Of a stretch of DNA of 64,000 nucleotides, positions 19,100 through 27,916 are shown one piece after another (position 1 is the stretch's first letter; each line of letters opens with the position of its first letter). The translations under genes and the position numbers were made by a program. Below the pieces are notes generated by a model. That model did no database searches, had not been told where the DNA came from, and worked only from the letters and a program-made list of their open reading frames with translations. Origin of the DNA: an uncultured Pseudomonadota bacterium (GTDB lineage: Bacteria > Oederibacteriota > Muellerivitia > Muellerivitales > Muellerivitaceae); assembly GCA_963843375.1 (NCBI GenBank), contig CAWJKT010000010.1:128001-192000 (forward strand), in the 5' to 3' direction.

Positions 19100-19981
19100 T
19101 TGGCCGTGACCCGCTACTTTACCAACAAACAACTATTAAACCCTCCCATCAAACGTGCAGCCTATTCGGATCGCACCGCCTGGATCATGTCACAATGCTC
19201 CGAATTGGCCTATGTAGAAGAACCTGTTTTGTTGAAGAAGAACTTGGCTGAAGGGGATTTCACCCTTCTCAAAACATTCGTCTACCAACCCAAGCGCATG
19301 AACGCCTACCTGGCCCTATCTATCAAGCACAAGTTGTCCGTATTAGCTTTTAAGGGCACTGTACCTTCCGAATGGCCCACGGTTCAGGTTGATTTGGATT
19401 TTCGCTATTACCACACGAAAAATGGGGTTTTTCACCAGGGATTTTATGATGCTTTCAAAGCTATGGAAAAACCCATCAACCGAAACCTAGGGTTAGTGCG
19501 GGGACTGCCCATTTACATTACCGGACATAGTCTTGGAGGCGCATTGGCGACCATGGCGGCCATGAACCTGACCGAAACCGACCGAGTGGCAGCCTGTTAC
19601 ACTTTCGGTGCGCCCCGCATTTGCGACCTGAAAACCATCATCCATTTTTACAAAATACCCATTTATCGGGTGGTCCATGCCGACGATATTGTACCGTCCC
19701 TGCCGCCGCCTTCAATGTTCGGAGGCTATGCCCAGATCGGCGACCTACGCTATATTACCGATAATTTCGAGTTGATCCCCGGTAGCGCGGCGGTTTGGTT
19801 GCGCTTATGGCTTCAAATTAAAAGCTTCCTCCTCTTGCGTTGGAAGAATTCTATTGCGGATCACATGATCGACTTTTATGCAAAGATTCTGCAAAGGATT
19901 GCCGAGGACAGAGAAGAACGTCGACTGCGCCATAAATTCGGGAAATTGGCTTCAAATATATTTGCAGCAACTAAAAAATAG
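19100..19981 (+). CDS. Class 3 lipase family protein
   Basis: FKGT, HQGF, TGHSLGGA, YTFGAP, DIVP. Confidence 0.88.
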   Translation: MAVTRYFTNKQLLNPPIKRAAYSDRTAWIMSQCSELAYVEEPVLLKKNLAEGDFTLLKTFVYQPKRMNAYLALSIKHKLSVLAFKGTVPSEWPTVQVDLDFRYYHTKNGVFHQGFYDAFKAMEKPINRNLGLVRGLPIYITGHSLGGALATMAAMNLTETDRVAACYTFGAPRICDLKTIIHFYKIPIYRVVHADDIVPSLPPPSMFGGYAQIGDLRYITDNFELIPGSAAVWLRLWLQIKSFLLLRWKNSIADHMIDFYAKILQRIAEDREERRLRHKFGKLASNIFAATKK

Positions 19982-20021
19982 ATTCCAACGTTCCAATTAG
20001 ATCGCGAGAAGTTTCTCAAAG

Positions 20022-20056
20022 AAAAAGCCGTGGATTGTTAGATCCCGGCCTTTTTT
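20022..20056. terminator. Bidirectional intrinsic terminator
   Basis: AAAAAGCCG-TGGAT..ATCC-CGGCC-TTTTTT between convergent genes. Confidence 0.65.
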
Positions 20057-20074
20057 GTTTAAAGATTTTTAAAA

Positions 20075-20641
20075 TTATTTTGAAACGGCAGCCTGGATGT
20101 CAGCGTCGAAATCTTCTGGTTCAATTTTCGTAACGATCCTTTTTATGGGATGGCCATCCCGGTCGATCAGGAATTTTGTGAAATTCCATCCGATGTCCAG
20201 TTTTCCATCCGGGTCCGGTTCCGAGGTTTTAAGGAACTTGTAAAGAGGATTGGCATTGTCCCCGTTGACTTCAATCTTATCGAAGAGAGGGAATGTCACG
20301 TTGTATTTGCTGGTGCAAAAGGTCTTAATTTCTGCGTCCGTTCCCGGTTCCTGTTCCTTGAATTGGTTGCAGGGGAATCCCAGGATGGCAAAGCCTTTTC
20401 CCTTATACTTCTCATATAGCTTTTCCAAACCGGTATATTGTGGTGTATGGCCGCATTTGCTGGCAACGTTTACGATAAGCAAAACCTTTCCCTTGTATTT
20501 GGAAAGGGGAACCGTATTACCATCGATATCCTTCATCTTGAACGAATAAACCGTGTCGGATTTCGTTTCGTCGGCCAAAATGGCGGAAACCGATAGGCAG
20601 ACAAGTAACGCTCCAAGAATCATTCCAAAACATTTCTTCAT
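20075..20641 (-). CDS. Glutathione peroxidase (Cys type) with signal peptide
   Basis: VNVASKCG (TGC codon), FPCNQF, WNFTKFL. Confidence 0.92.
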   Translation of the reverse strand: MKKCFGMILGALLVCLSVSAILADETKSDTVYSFKMKDIDGNTVPLSKYKGKVLLIVNVASKCGHTPQYTGLEKLYEKYKGKGFAILGFPCNQFKEQEPGTDAEIKTFCTSKYNVTFPLFDKIEVNGDNANPLYKFLKTSEPDPDGKLDIGWNFTKFLIDRDGHPIKRIVTKIEPEDFDADIQAAVSK

Positions 20642-20923
20642 AATATTGCCCCCTATCCAATGGTTGATTTCATTATTACGCCATGGGTTCATGAAAAAAT
20701 CTAGAGGGGTTGTTGATTTTAGGTGATCCCCTTGAACCGAAATGTAAATGGTTTCACATAATTTTACCTTTAATTGACTTTCAAGTTTCAGGATTATTAA
20801 TACAATGCTTAGAAAAGGTCATTTATTGTCGGTAGAATTTCGATACTTTCGTCAAAACGACACTCGCCTGATTAATGAATCGTCTAAAGCTTACTATCAA
20901 CATTTCACTTAGATCAGGATAAT

Positions 20924-21388
20924 ATGGTCGGCGAATCAACTGAAGACTCAAAACCGGTGAGTATTCTCCTGGTTGAGGACGACCTAGGCGATGTCAAATT
21001 AACGATGGAGGCTTTCAAGGCTTTCCATGTTCCTTTGAAGGTATCACGGGTTCGGGATGGGGAAGAAGCGGTCAACTACTTGCGCAAAAAAGGAGAGTTT
21101 CAGGAAGCGCCCAGGCCCGATCTGATCTTCCTCGATCTGAAAATGCCGAAGAAAAACGGGTTTGAGGTGCTTTCCGATATCAAAAACGACACTAACCTGG
21201 AAGCCATACCTGTGATGATTCTATCTGGTTCCAGATCACCCGAAGATATTCAAGCCGCTTACGAGGCCAAGGCCAATTTTTACATCACGAAACCCGCCAA
21301 AGTTGATGAGTTTTTTGCTGCAATGAACTATGTCGAGGAGTTCTGGCTTAAGAAGCGGGAATTTGCCCCCGAAAAAGATTCGGTTTAA
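20924..21388 (+). CDS. Single-domain response regulator (Rcp1-like)
   Basis: LLVEDD, PDLIFLDLKMP, YITKP, and an FW near the C-terminus. Confidence 0.88.
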   Translation: MVGESTEDSKPVSILLVEDDLGDVKLTMEAFKAFHVPLKVSRVRDGEEAVNYLRKKGEFQEAPRPDLIFLDLKMPKKNGFEVLSDIKNDTNLEAIPVMILSGSRSPEDIQAAYEAKANFYITKPAKVDEFFAAMNYVEEFWLKKREFAPEKDSV

Positions 21389-21399
21389 AAAAGGCCACT

Positions 21400-22587
21400 T
21401 TAAACGGCTTGTCCGGCGGCCCATCCTGAGGCCCATGCCCATTGGAAATTGTATCCACCTAATTGGCCCGTGACATCCACTACCTCACCTATGAAATAGA
21501 GCCCAGGCACTTTTTTGCATTCCATTGTCTTGGATGAGAGTTCGTCCGTATCCACCCCCCCCTTGGTGACCTCGGCTTTCGAATAACCAATCGTCGCCTC
21601 CGGAATGAATGTGTAATCTTGAATTTTCTTGCAAAAATCTTCGAGTTTTTTATCCGTAAGTTTATCGATAACTGTACCCGGGGTAAGTTCCAATTCGCAA
21701 AGCCGCTCTGCCAAACGTTGGGGTAGCCATTCTTTCAAAAGCGTCTTGATCTCGACCTTTGAGCCACCTTTTTTGTGATTCAGAAACCATCGGACCAGCT
21801 TTTCAAGGCTTTGGCTGGGAATAAAGTTGATTTTTAAAGTATTGTCCCTATTCCAATAGAGGGAAGCCTGTAAGGCGGCGGGACCGCTTAAGCCGGTGTG
21901 AGTGAAAAGGATATTTTCCCGGAAAGAGACCTTGCCGCAGGTTATTTGGGCGTCTGTTGAAACCCCTGTCAGATCCCCGAATTTTTTCAAGTCGTTGGCC
22001 TTAAACCGGAAACCATCCAGGGCGGGAAAGGGCAAAACTATTTTTAAACCGAACTGTCGAGCGAGGTCATAACCGAACCCAGTGGCCCCGATTTTGGGGA
22101 TGGAAAGCCCTCCTGTGGCGACGACCAGGGAATCAGAGGTAAATTCCTCCTTATCGCTTTTGACTTCAAATTTGCCGTTTTTCGATACCGAAGCGATCTG
22201 TTGGTTTAAATAAACCTGGACACCCGCCTTGTGGCATTCCTCTTCCAACATTCCCACAATATCCTTGGCCGAACGGTCGCAAAATAGCTGCCCTAGTTTC
22301 TTTTCGTGATAGGGGATTTGGTGGGCTTTCACCATTTCAATGAAATCCTGGGGAATGTAACGGGAGAGGGCCGATTTGGAGAAATGAGGATTCTGGGAGA
22401 CGTAGTTTTCAGGCCCGATGTTCATATTTGTGAAATTACAGCGCCCACCTCCCGATATAAGGATTTTGGCCCCCACCTTTGGGGAATGGTCTAAGAGGAC
22501 CACCTGGCGGCCCCTTTTGCCTGCCTCGATGGCACACATCAGTCCTGCTCCTCCGGCACCGATAATGATGACGTCAAAGTTTTTCAT
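21400..22587 (-). CDS. HI0933/BaiN family flavoprotein
   Basis: GAGGAG, SGGGRCNFTN, ATGGLS, GGYNFQWAWASG. Confidence 0.93.
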   Translation of the reverse strand: MKNFDVIIIGAGGAGLMCAIEAGKRGRQVVLLDHSPKVGAKILISGGGRCNFTNMNIGPENYVSQNPHFSKSALSRYIPQDFIEMVKAHQIPYHEKKLGQLFCDRSAKDIVGMLEEECHKAGVQVYLNQQIASVSKNGKFEVKSDKEEFTSDSLVVATGGLSIPKIGATGFGYDLARQFGLKIVLPFPALDGFRFKANDLKKFGDLTGVSTDAQITCGKVSFRENILFTHTGLSGPAALQASLYWNRDNTLKINFIPSQSLEKLVRWFLNHKKGGSKVEIKTLLKEWLPQRLAERLCELELTPGTVIDKLTDKKLEDFCKKIQDYTFIPEATIGYSKAEVTKGGVDTDELSSKTMECKKVPGLYFIGEVVDVTGQLGGYNFQWAWASGWAAGQAV

Positions 22588-22693
22588 GCCGAAAGTTTAG
22601 CAGGCAATTTAAGTGGAATCGTTAATAATCCTGTACTTAAAGAGGAGGTTTGCCAATTTAGAAAAATGACCTCGAGGATGTTAAAGAAATACT

Positions 22694-23914
22694 TTAACGG
22701 ACTTGGCTTAAAACCTTCAGCAAGACGGTACCATGGGGGGGCACCGAAACGGTATAGCTGTCATTAAAAATCCCGAGGTCTTGGTGGTTCCAAAGATCCC
22801 GAACTGAAGCCGGACCAGGGGGTAGCCCCAGGTCGCTCCATTTAGCTGTAATGGAAGAAGTGCCAGTCGAGCGATTTAGAAGGGCCACAGCTCGGCTATT
22901 GGGGCCTTCCAGTACTTTGGAATAGACATTAGAACCCTGACCATCATCCGCCACACGGACACCCTGCAATCCCCAGGGGTCCTGGTCTACGGCAATGACT
23001 TCCCGGTTCAGTAAAATATCAGCGGTTTGCGGGGACATGGTTCGCAGATCGTTTCCAGCAATAAGAGGCGCGGCCATGATCGCCCATAAGCTGAAATGGG
23101 TGCGGTATTCGGTGTCGGTCATGCCTCCATTTCCGATTTCCAGCATATCCGGGTCGTTCCAAGCACCAGGACGAGCATATGAAGCAACTTGTTCGTTGTT
23201 GTCGAAAGCGCCAATCATGGAACCCCAATCATCATGAATGTCCCCGCCAGTCCGCCATAAATTGCCGGTTTCGGGCATCCAATTAAGGAAGCCCCAGGCG
23301 CAAATGCTGAATACAATAGGCCGACCCGCAGCCGTTAGGGCGTCCCGCATTTTTTTATAATCTCTGGCTTGGTTCGAAAAGAAAGGAGGATTGCAGTTGT
23401 CGTATTTCAGGTAATCCACACCCCAATCGGCAAAATCTTTCGCATCCACGGTTTCATACCCATAAGAGCCCGCTTTGCCTTGGCAGGTCGCATTTCCACG
23501 GTCCGAATAAAGCCCAAGTTTAAGTCCCTTGGAATGGATAAAGTCCGCCAGCCCTTTAATACCCTCGGGGAAAGCGGACGGATCCGCCTTTAAATGACCG
23601 TCTTCACGGTTTGGAAGTTCCCAACAATCGTCAATATTGACATATTGGTACCCTGCGTCTTTCATGCCGTTAGTAACCATGGCGTCCGCGATTTCTCGGA
23701 TAAGCTTGTCGCTGACCACACATTGGAACTTATTCCAGGAATTCCATCCCATGGGAGGGGTAATGGCTAATTCATTTCGGTAAGAAGGACTTGATTGGGA
23801 GTTGGTGGAGCTATTAGTTCCACAACCAAACTCCGACAAGACAATTGTTAGAAAAAGGCATAAACTCAAAAATAGTGTTCGTTTCACGGGCCTTATTGTA
23901 ACCAATCCTTTCAT
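22694..23914 (-). CDS. GH27 alpha-galactosidase, probable lipoprotein
   Basis: TPPMGWNSWN, IDDCW, YLKYDNC, WNDPDML; start trimmed to avoid recN overlap (GTG at 23887 is an alternative). Confidence 0.92.
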   Translation of the reverse strand: MKGLVTIRPVKRTLFLSLCLFLTIVLSEFGCGTNSSTNSQSSPSYRNELAITPPMGWNSWNKFQCVVSDKLIREIADAMVTNGMKDAGYQYVNIDDCWELPNREDGHLKADPSAFPEGIKGLADFIHSKGLKLGLYSDRGNATCQGKAGSYGYETVDAKDFADWGVDYLKYDNCNPPFFSNQARDYKKMRDALTAAGRPIVFSICAWGFLNWMPETGNLWRTGGDIHDDWGSMIGAFDNNEQVASYARPGAWNDPDMLEIGNGGMTDTEYRTHFSLWAIMAAPLIAGNDLRTMSPQTADILLNREVIAVDQDPWGLQGVRVADDGQGSNVYSKVLEGPNSRAVALLNRSTGTSSITAKWSDLGLPPGPASVRDLWNHQDLGIFNDSYTVSVPPHGTVLLKVLSQVR

Positions 23915-23948
23915 TGATAATTTATTTTCTCCAAAATATATTGGGTCC

Positions 23949-25664
23949 ATGCTTCGACAGCTTTCCATTAAGAATTTCGCCATTGTCCAGTCGGTCACCA
24001 TGGAATTCGGCCCGGGTTTTAACGTCCTCACGGGGGAAACCGGCGCGGGAAAATCCTTGATCGTGGACGCACTTTATTTCCTTCTGGGAGACCGGATGAA
24101 TGCGGATATGCTTCGCGCCGGGGAAGATCGGGCTGTTGTGGAAGCTCTTTTTCAACTGCCCTTGAAAAGTTCCACCTTTAAAAAACTATCGGAATGGGGC
24201 ATCGACGCCAGCCATGGGGAATTGCTCATCAAAAGAGAATTCAACCGTTCTTCCGGAAAAACCCGTAGTTTCGTAAATGGGGAAATGGCAACCGCTTCCA
24301 TGGTTTCCGAACTGGGGGATTGGCTGGTGGATATCCATGGCCAGCATGAACACCAAGCGATCTTCAATGTGGGTCGACACCGCCAATTGATCGATTCCTT
24401 CGGGCATCTTGAAAAACCGCTGGAAAAAACAAACAGTGCCTATGAAATTCTTGCGGGTTTGTTGGTTGAACAATCCCGTCTTGGCGGGGATTCCCGGGAA
24501 ATCGCCCGCCGGACTGATCTTCTCCAGTTTCAAGTACAGGAAATCGAGGCCTCGGGCGTGGAATCCCTGAACGAGGAAGAACTCCTAAAAAAATACCAGT
24601 TAATGAAACACGCGGAAAAGATCACGAAATACCTGACCGAAGCCCAAGGATTATTGGACGAGGAAGGCGCTGGCGGCGCTACGGGACTTTTTGGAACCGC
24701 GGTGTCCCGCTTGATGGATTCGGCAAAACTGGATCCGGATTTGGGGAAAATGGTTGAAGTCTCCAAAGCAGCGCAGGAAAGCCTGAACCAAATCTCTTTT
24801 GATATTGCCCAAAAGTTGGAGTCTTATTCTTTTAGCGAGACGGAATTCCAGGAATTATCAGATCGAGTCGATGGACTGAATTCCTTGAAAAAGAAGTACG
24901 GTGATTCGGTGGGGGAAATCGTGAAGTACCTCGGCCAAATCCGAGAGGAACTGAAGAACCTGGAAGACCGGGAAGGACGGTTGGGAGCCCTTGCAAATGA
25001 AATTGAAAAGGCGGCGGAACAATATCGCCTGGCTTCAAGCCAATTAAGCTCGAAGAGGGCGCAATCCGGCACCGAACTGGCGGACCAAGTCCAAATCACA
25101 CTCAAGGAATTAGGCTTGACCCACGCCCAAATGGGGGTCCAGTTGACGCCTTTGGAAGAGTCCAACAGCCCGGTCATCGAAAAAGGAAAGCGGCTTCACC
25201 TTTCCCCGATGGGTTGGGACAAAGTAGAATTTCTTTTTTCGGCTAATCCGGGCGAACCGCTTCGGCCTCTGGCAAAGGTCGCCTCGGGCGGCGAAGCTTC
25301 ACGGGTAATGTTGGCCCTGAAAACGGTTCTTACCGAGAGTGATGAGGTGCCGACGCTTATATTTGACGAGATTGACACGGGTGTTGGCGCCAGAACTGCC
25401 CCCACCGTAGCCAGATTGTTGAATCATTTAGCCGCTTCCAAGCAGGTTTTATGCATCTCCCACCTGGCACCCATCGCTGGATTGGGAGAAAATCACTTCC
25501 AAGTCCTCAAAGAAATCATCGATTCGAAAACCTCGGTAACTGTCAACCGTTTAACGGAAAACGCCCGAATCGATGAATTGGCCAAAATGTTGGGCGGGGA
25601 ACCCATTTCCGAAACTTCCCGTACCCATGCCAAAGAACTCTATGCTAGAATGCGCGTCAAATGA
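23949..25664 (+). CDS. recN: DNA repair protein RecN
   Basis: LTGETGAGKS, IHGQHE, SANPGE, SGGE, IFDEID. Confidence 0.96.
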   Translation: MLRQLSIKNFAIVQSVTMEFGPGFNVLTGETGAGKSLIVDALYFLLGDRMNADMLRAGEDRAVVEALFQLPLKSSTFKKLSEWGIDASHGELLIKREFNRSSGKTRSFVNGEMATASMVSELGDWLVDIHGQHEHQAIFNVGRHRQLIDSFGHLEKPLEKTNSAYEILAGLLVEQSRLGGDSREIARRTDLLQFQVQEIEASGVESLNEEELLKKYQLMKHAEKITKYLTEAQGLLDEEGAGGATGLFGTAVSRLMDSAKLDPDLGKMVEVSKAAQESLNQISFDIAQKLESYSFSETEFQELSDRVDGLNSLKKKYGDSVGEIVKYLGQIREELKNLEDREGRLGALANEIEKAAEQYRLASSQLSSKRAQSGTELADQVQITLKELGLTHAQMGVQLTPLEESNSPVIEKGKRLHLSPMGWDKVEFLFSANPGEPLRPLAKVASGGEASRVMLALKTVLTESDEVPTLIFDEIDTGVGARTAPTVARLLNHLAASKQVLCISHLAPIAGLGENHFQVLKEIIDSKTSVTVNRLTENARIDELAKMLGGEPISETSRTHAKELYARMRVK

Positions 25665-25717
25665 GGGTGCCTGCCTGAGATAGGCCCTTGAACAAATGAA
25701 AATTCGGAGGATTTAAT

Positions 25718-26569
25718 ATGAAGTTTTGGAGCCGATTTGTTGGCACTAGTTTGATTTTCGCCTTGGCCTTGAGCTTTGGAACCGCGAATGCGGCAGCGAA
25801 GAAGAAAAAGAAAATGGAAAAAGAGGTTGTCCACCACGCGAGGGTGGAAAGACCTCATCCCATTGAAGGGGCTGATTTGAACGGCCGTCCGGGTTATTTT
25901 TTCGCGGACACAGCAAATACGCCTAACCAAGGCCAAATCATGGGAGCCGCCCACGTATGGTTCGATTCGGCTTTCAACGGACTCAGCATTCCTTTTGGCG
26001 GAGCTTATGGAATAACCGATCAGATTCAGGTCCATGCCAGCAGTTCTTTTTATGCCGCAGGGGGGCTCAGTGGATTGAATTTCCTGACTTTCGGCGGGAA
26101 GTATGGCTTCAAGCATGTCGCCCCGGGCCTGAATATCGCCGCAGGGTTGGATCTTTCAATAGGGCCATTATATGTTGCGAACGCAAGTGCGTTAGGTTTT
26201 GATCCTTATGGAATCGTCACTTATACCTTCATAGACGGGCTTCAGTTGAACGGCCAATTGGGCGTATTCGTTCCGGGCGGAAGGAGCTATGCGAATCCTC
26301 TCTACGGAATCATACCAAACCAACCACAAAATATTTCTTTAACGCCTCCAGCTTATCTTCAATTTAATGCGGGGGCAGCCTATCCCTTTGATCCAGATTT
26401 GACTGGAATTGCTGAACTTGCGGTTAATGGAGAAGGGAACGCTGCTACTCCTTTAATCGTTGGTCTTCGCACAGGACATGACGTGCAACTTCAAGCCTTC
26501 GGCGGGTTGGACTTAGCCGGACAAGTCGGCGTTTTAATCGGTGGTGGCGTCGCTCTTTTTTCAAAGTAA
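25718..26569 (+). CDS. Hypothetical exported protein, probable outer-membrane beta-barrel
   Basis: Signal peptide, Gly/aromatic alternating strands, GGAGG RBS. Confidence 0.55.
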   Translation: MKFWSRFVGTSLIFALALSFGTANAAAKKKKKMEKEVVHHARVERPHPIEGADLNGRPGYFFADTANTPNQGQIMGAAHVWFDSAFNGLSIPFGGAYGITDQIQVHASSSFYAAGGLSGLNFLTFGGKYGFKHVAPGLNIAAGLDLSIGPLYVANASALGFDPYGIVTYTFIDGLQLNGQLGVFVPGGRSYANPLYGIIPNQPQNISLTPPAYLQFNAGAAYPFDPDLTGIAELAVNGEGNAATPLIVGLRTGHDVQLQAFGGLDLAGQVGVLIGGGVALFSK

Positions 26570-26578
26570 TAGATCCCT

Positions 26579-26620
26579 TAAAAAAGCTGGTTCCTCTTGG
26601 ATTGGGGAGCCAGCTTTTTT
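26579..26620 (+). terminator. Intrinsic terminator
   Basis: AAAAAGCTGGTTCCTC..GGGAGCCAGCTTTTTT. Confidence 0.8.
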
Positions 26621-26634
26621 ATTATCAGGACACC

Positions 26635-27114
26635 ATGAACCCATTAACCTACCGGAGGGCTAGGCCTTCCGATACAAGGTCCATTCTCAATCTGATCAAC
26701 CATTACTCCGCCAAAGGATTGATGTTGCCCCGATCTTTTTCCCAGGTGATTGAAAAGGTAAGGGATTTCACAGTGGCGGTCGAGGAAACCCATTCCCAAC
26801 CCCTCAAAGGGGTCGTCGCCCTTCATGTCGTCGGAGAAGACCTCGCCGAAGTCCGGTCCCTGGCCGTTGAGGAGGCGCTACAAGGACAAGGTATTGGCAG
26901 GAAACTACTCCAACATTGTTTTGACGATGCCAAGGAATTGCGCCTTCAAAGAGTTTTTACCCTCACGTATCAAACCGAGTTTTTCTCAAAATTGGGTTTC
27001 GCCAAGGTCGAAAAATTAACCTTACCTCAAAAAATTTGGGGTGATTGCGTCCATTGCGCCAAGTTTTCCGATTGCGATGAAATAGCCATGTTGCTTAACA
27101 TATCGAAATCATGA
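26635..27114 (+). CDS. GNAT acetyltransferase, short ArgA-like (N-acetylglutamate synthase)
   Basis: MLPRS, LAEVRSLAV, QGQGIG, LPQKIWGDC..C.KF..CDE. Confidence 0.8.
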   Translation: MNPLTYRRARPSDTRSILNLINHYSAKGLMLPRSFSQVIEKVRDFTVAVEETHSQPLKGVVALHVVGEDLAEVRSLAVEEALQGQGIGRKLLQHCFDDAKELRLQRVFTLTYQTEFFSKLGFAKVEKLTLPQKIWGDCVHCAKFSDCDEIAMLLNISKS

Positions 27115-27833
27115 CAGTTACTACTTCCACCCACCCCCAACCAAGTAAAAAATCGACGCGACCTACAGTCTGGAGACAGTTTGCCAGCAAATACGTTGAC
27201 ATATTGATCTGCGGGTTCATTTCCTGGGTGGTTTGTTTTACTTTTGGATGGCATTCCTATTGGTCATCCCTGACCCTGTTTTTATTCTTCGGCGAATGGT
27301 TTTGGTGCCGGGACCGCCTGAATCCTACGGCGGGAGAATATTTTCTGGGGATCCGGTATCTCACCTCTTCCTCCAGCCAAGTGGTGGCCGATATCCAAGT
27401 TATCAACGCCAAATTAAAACTCAACGGTTTCTTGCTGACTGGCGGAGTAGTGGAGCTGACGCTCGCCATCTTCCTGTTTTCTGGATGGACTTTTCTTTCA
27501 CAGGCTCCCGCTTTCGGATTTTATCTCGCCCCCCCGCTCTCGTTGGTTTATTGGGCACTGGCAGGTTTCGCCTTTTTTCTCTGCAGTGGCTATCTCTTGA
27601 GCGGTTCCAAATTGGCCTTCTTTGTCGTTCCGGCCGTGCATCTTTTTTTCCTGGTGGATCTTTTTTTGAGTCACCCTCTCTGGAACAATCTTTTGCAAAC
27701 CGGAGACTCGGTAGTTTCCGGCCTTGTCCATGTCACCCGGACACAACCTTTTCCATTATTGGATTTGTTCATCCTCTGGAGCATCTATATCCTGGGGACG
27801 CTTATTTTTTCCCGCAAACATTTGGCAAATTGA
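27111..27833 (+). CDS. Membrane protein with RDD-like N-terminus
   Basis: WRQFASKYVD and TAGEYFLGIR; several TM segments. Confidence 0.5.
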   Translation: MTVTTSTHPQPSKKSTRPTVWRQFASKYVDILICGFISWVVCFTFGWHSYWSSLTLFLFFGEWFWCRDRLNPTAGEYFLGIRYLTSSSSQVVADIQVINAKLKLNGFLLTGGVVELTLAIFLFSGWTFLSQAPAFGFYLAPPLSLVYWALAGFAFFLCSGYLLSGSKLAFFVVPAVHLFFLVDLFLSHPLWNNLLQTGDSVVSGLVHVTRTQPFPLLDLFILWSIYILGTLIFSRKHLAN

Positions 27834-27916
27834 ATTAAAAGAATATTTCACTCCTGTTTAAAAGATGGGTTTTTCCCTTATAATTCTCGTCTTCGCAACC
27901 TTTTTGAAAGGCCGGT

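Noticed and set aside
20440..20470. Selenocysteine in the glutathione peroxidase
   Set aside because: The active-site codon is TGC (Cys).
23802..24031. Long overlap between recN and the GH27 gene
   Set aside because: It disappears with starts at 23949 (recN) and 23914 or 23887 (GH27).
27233..27838. Alternative-frame and antisense ORFs (also 1500-1877, 32633-33175, 33437-33970 and others)
   Set aside because: They are nested in well-supported genes and have no motifs or RBS.
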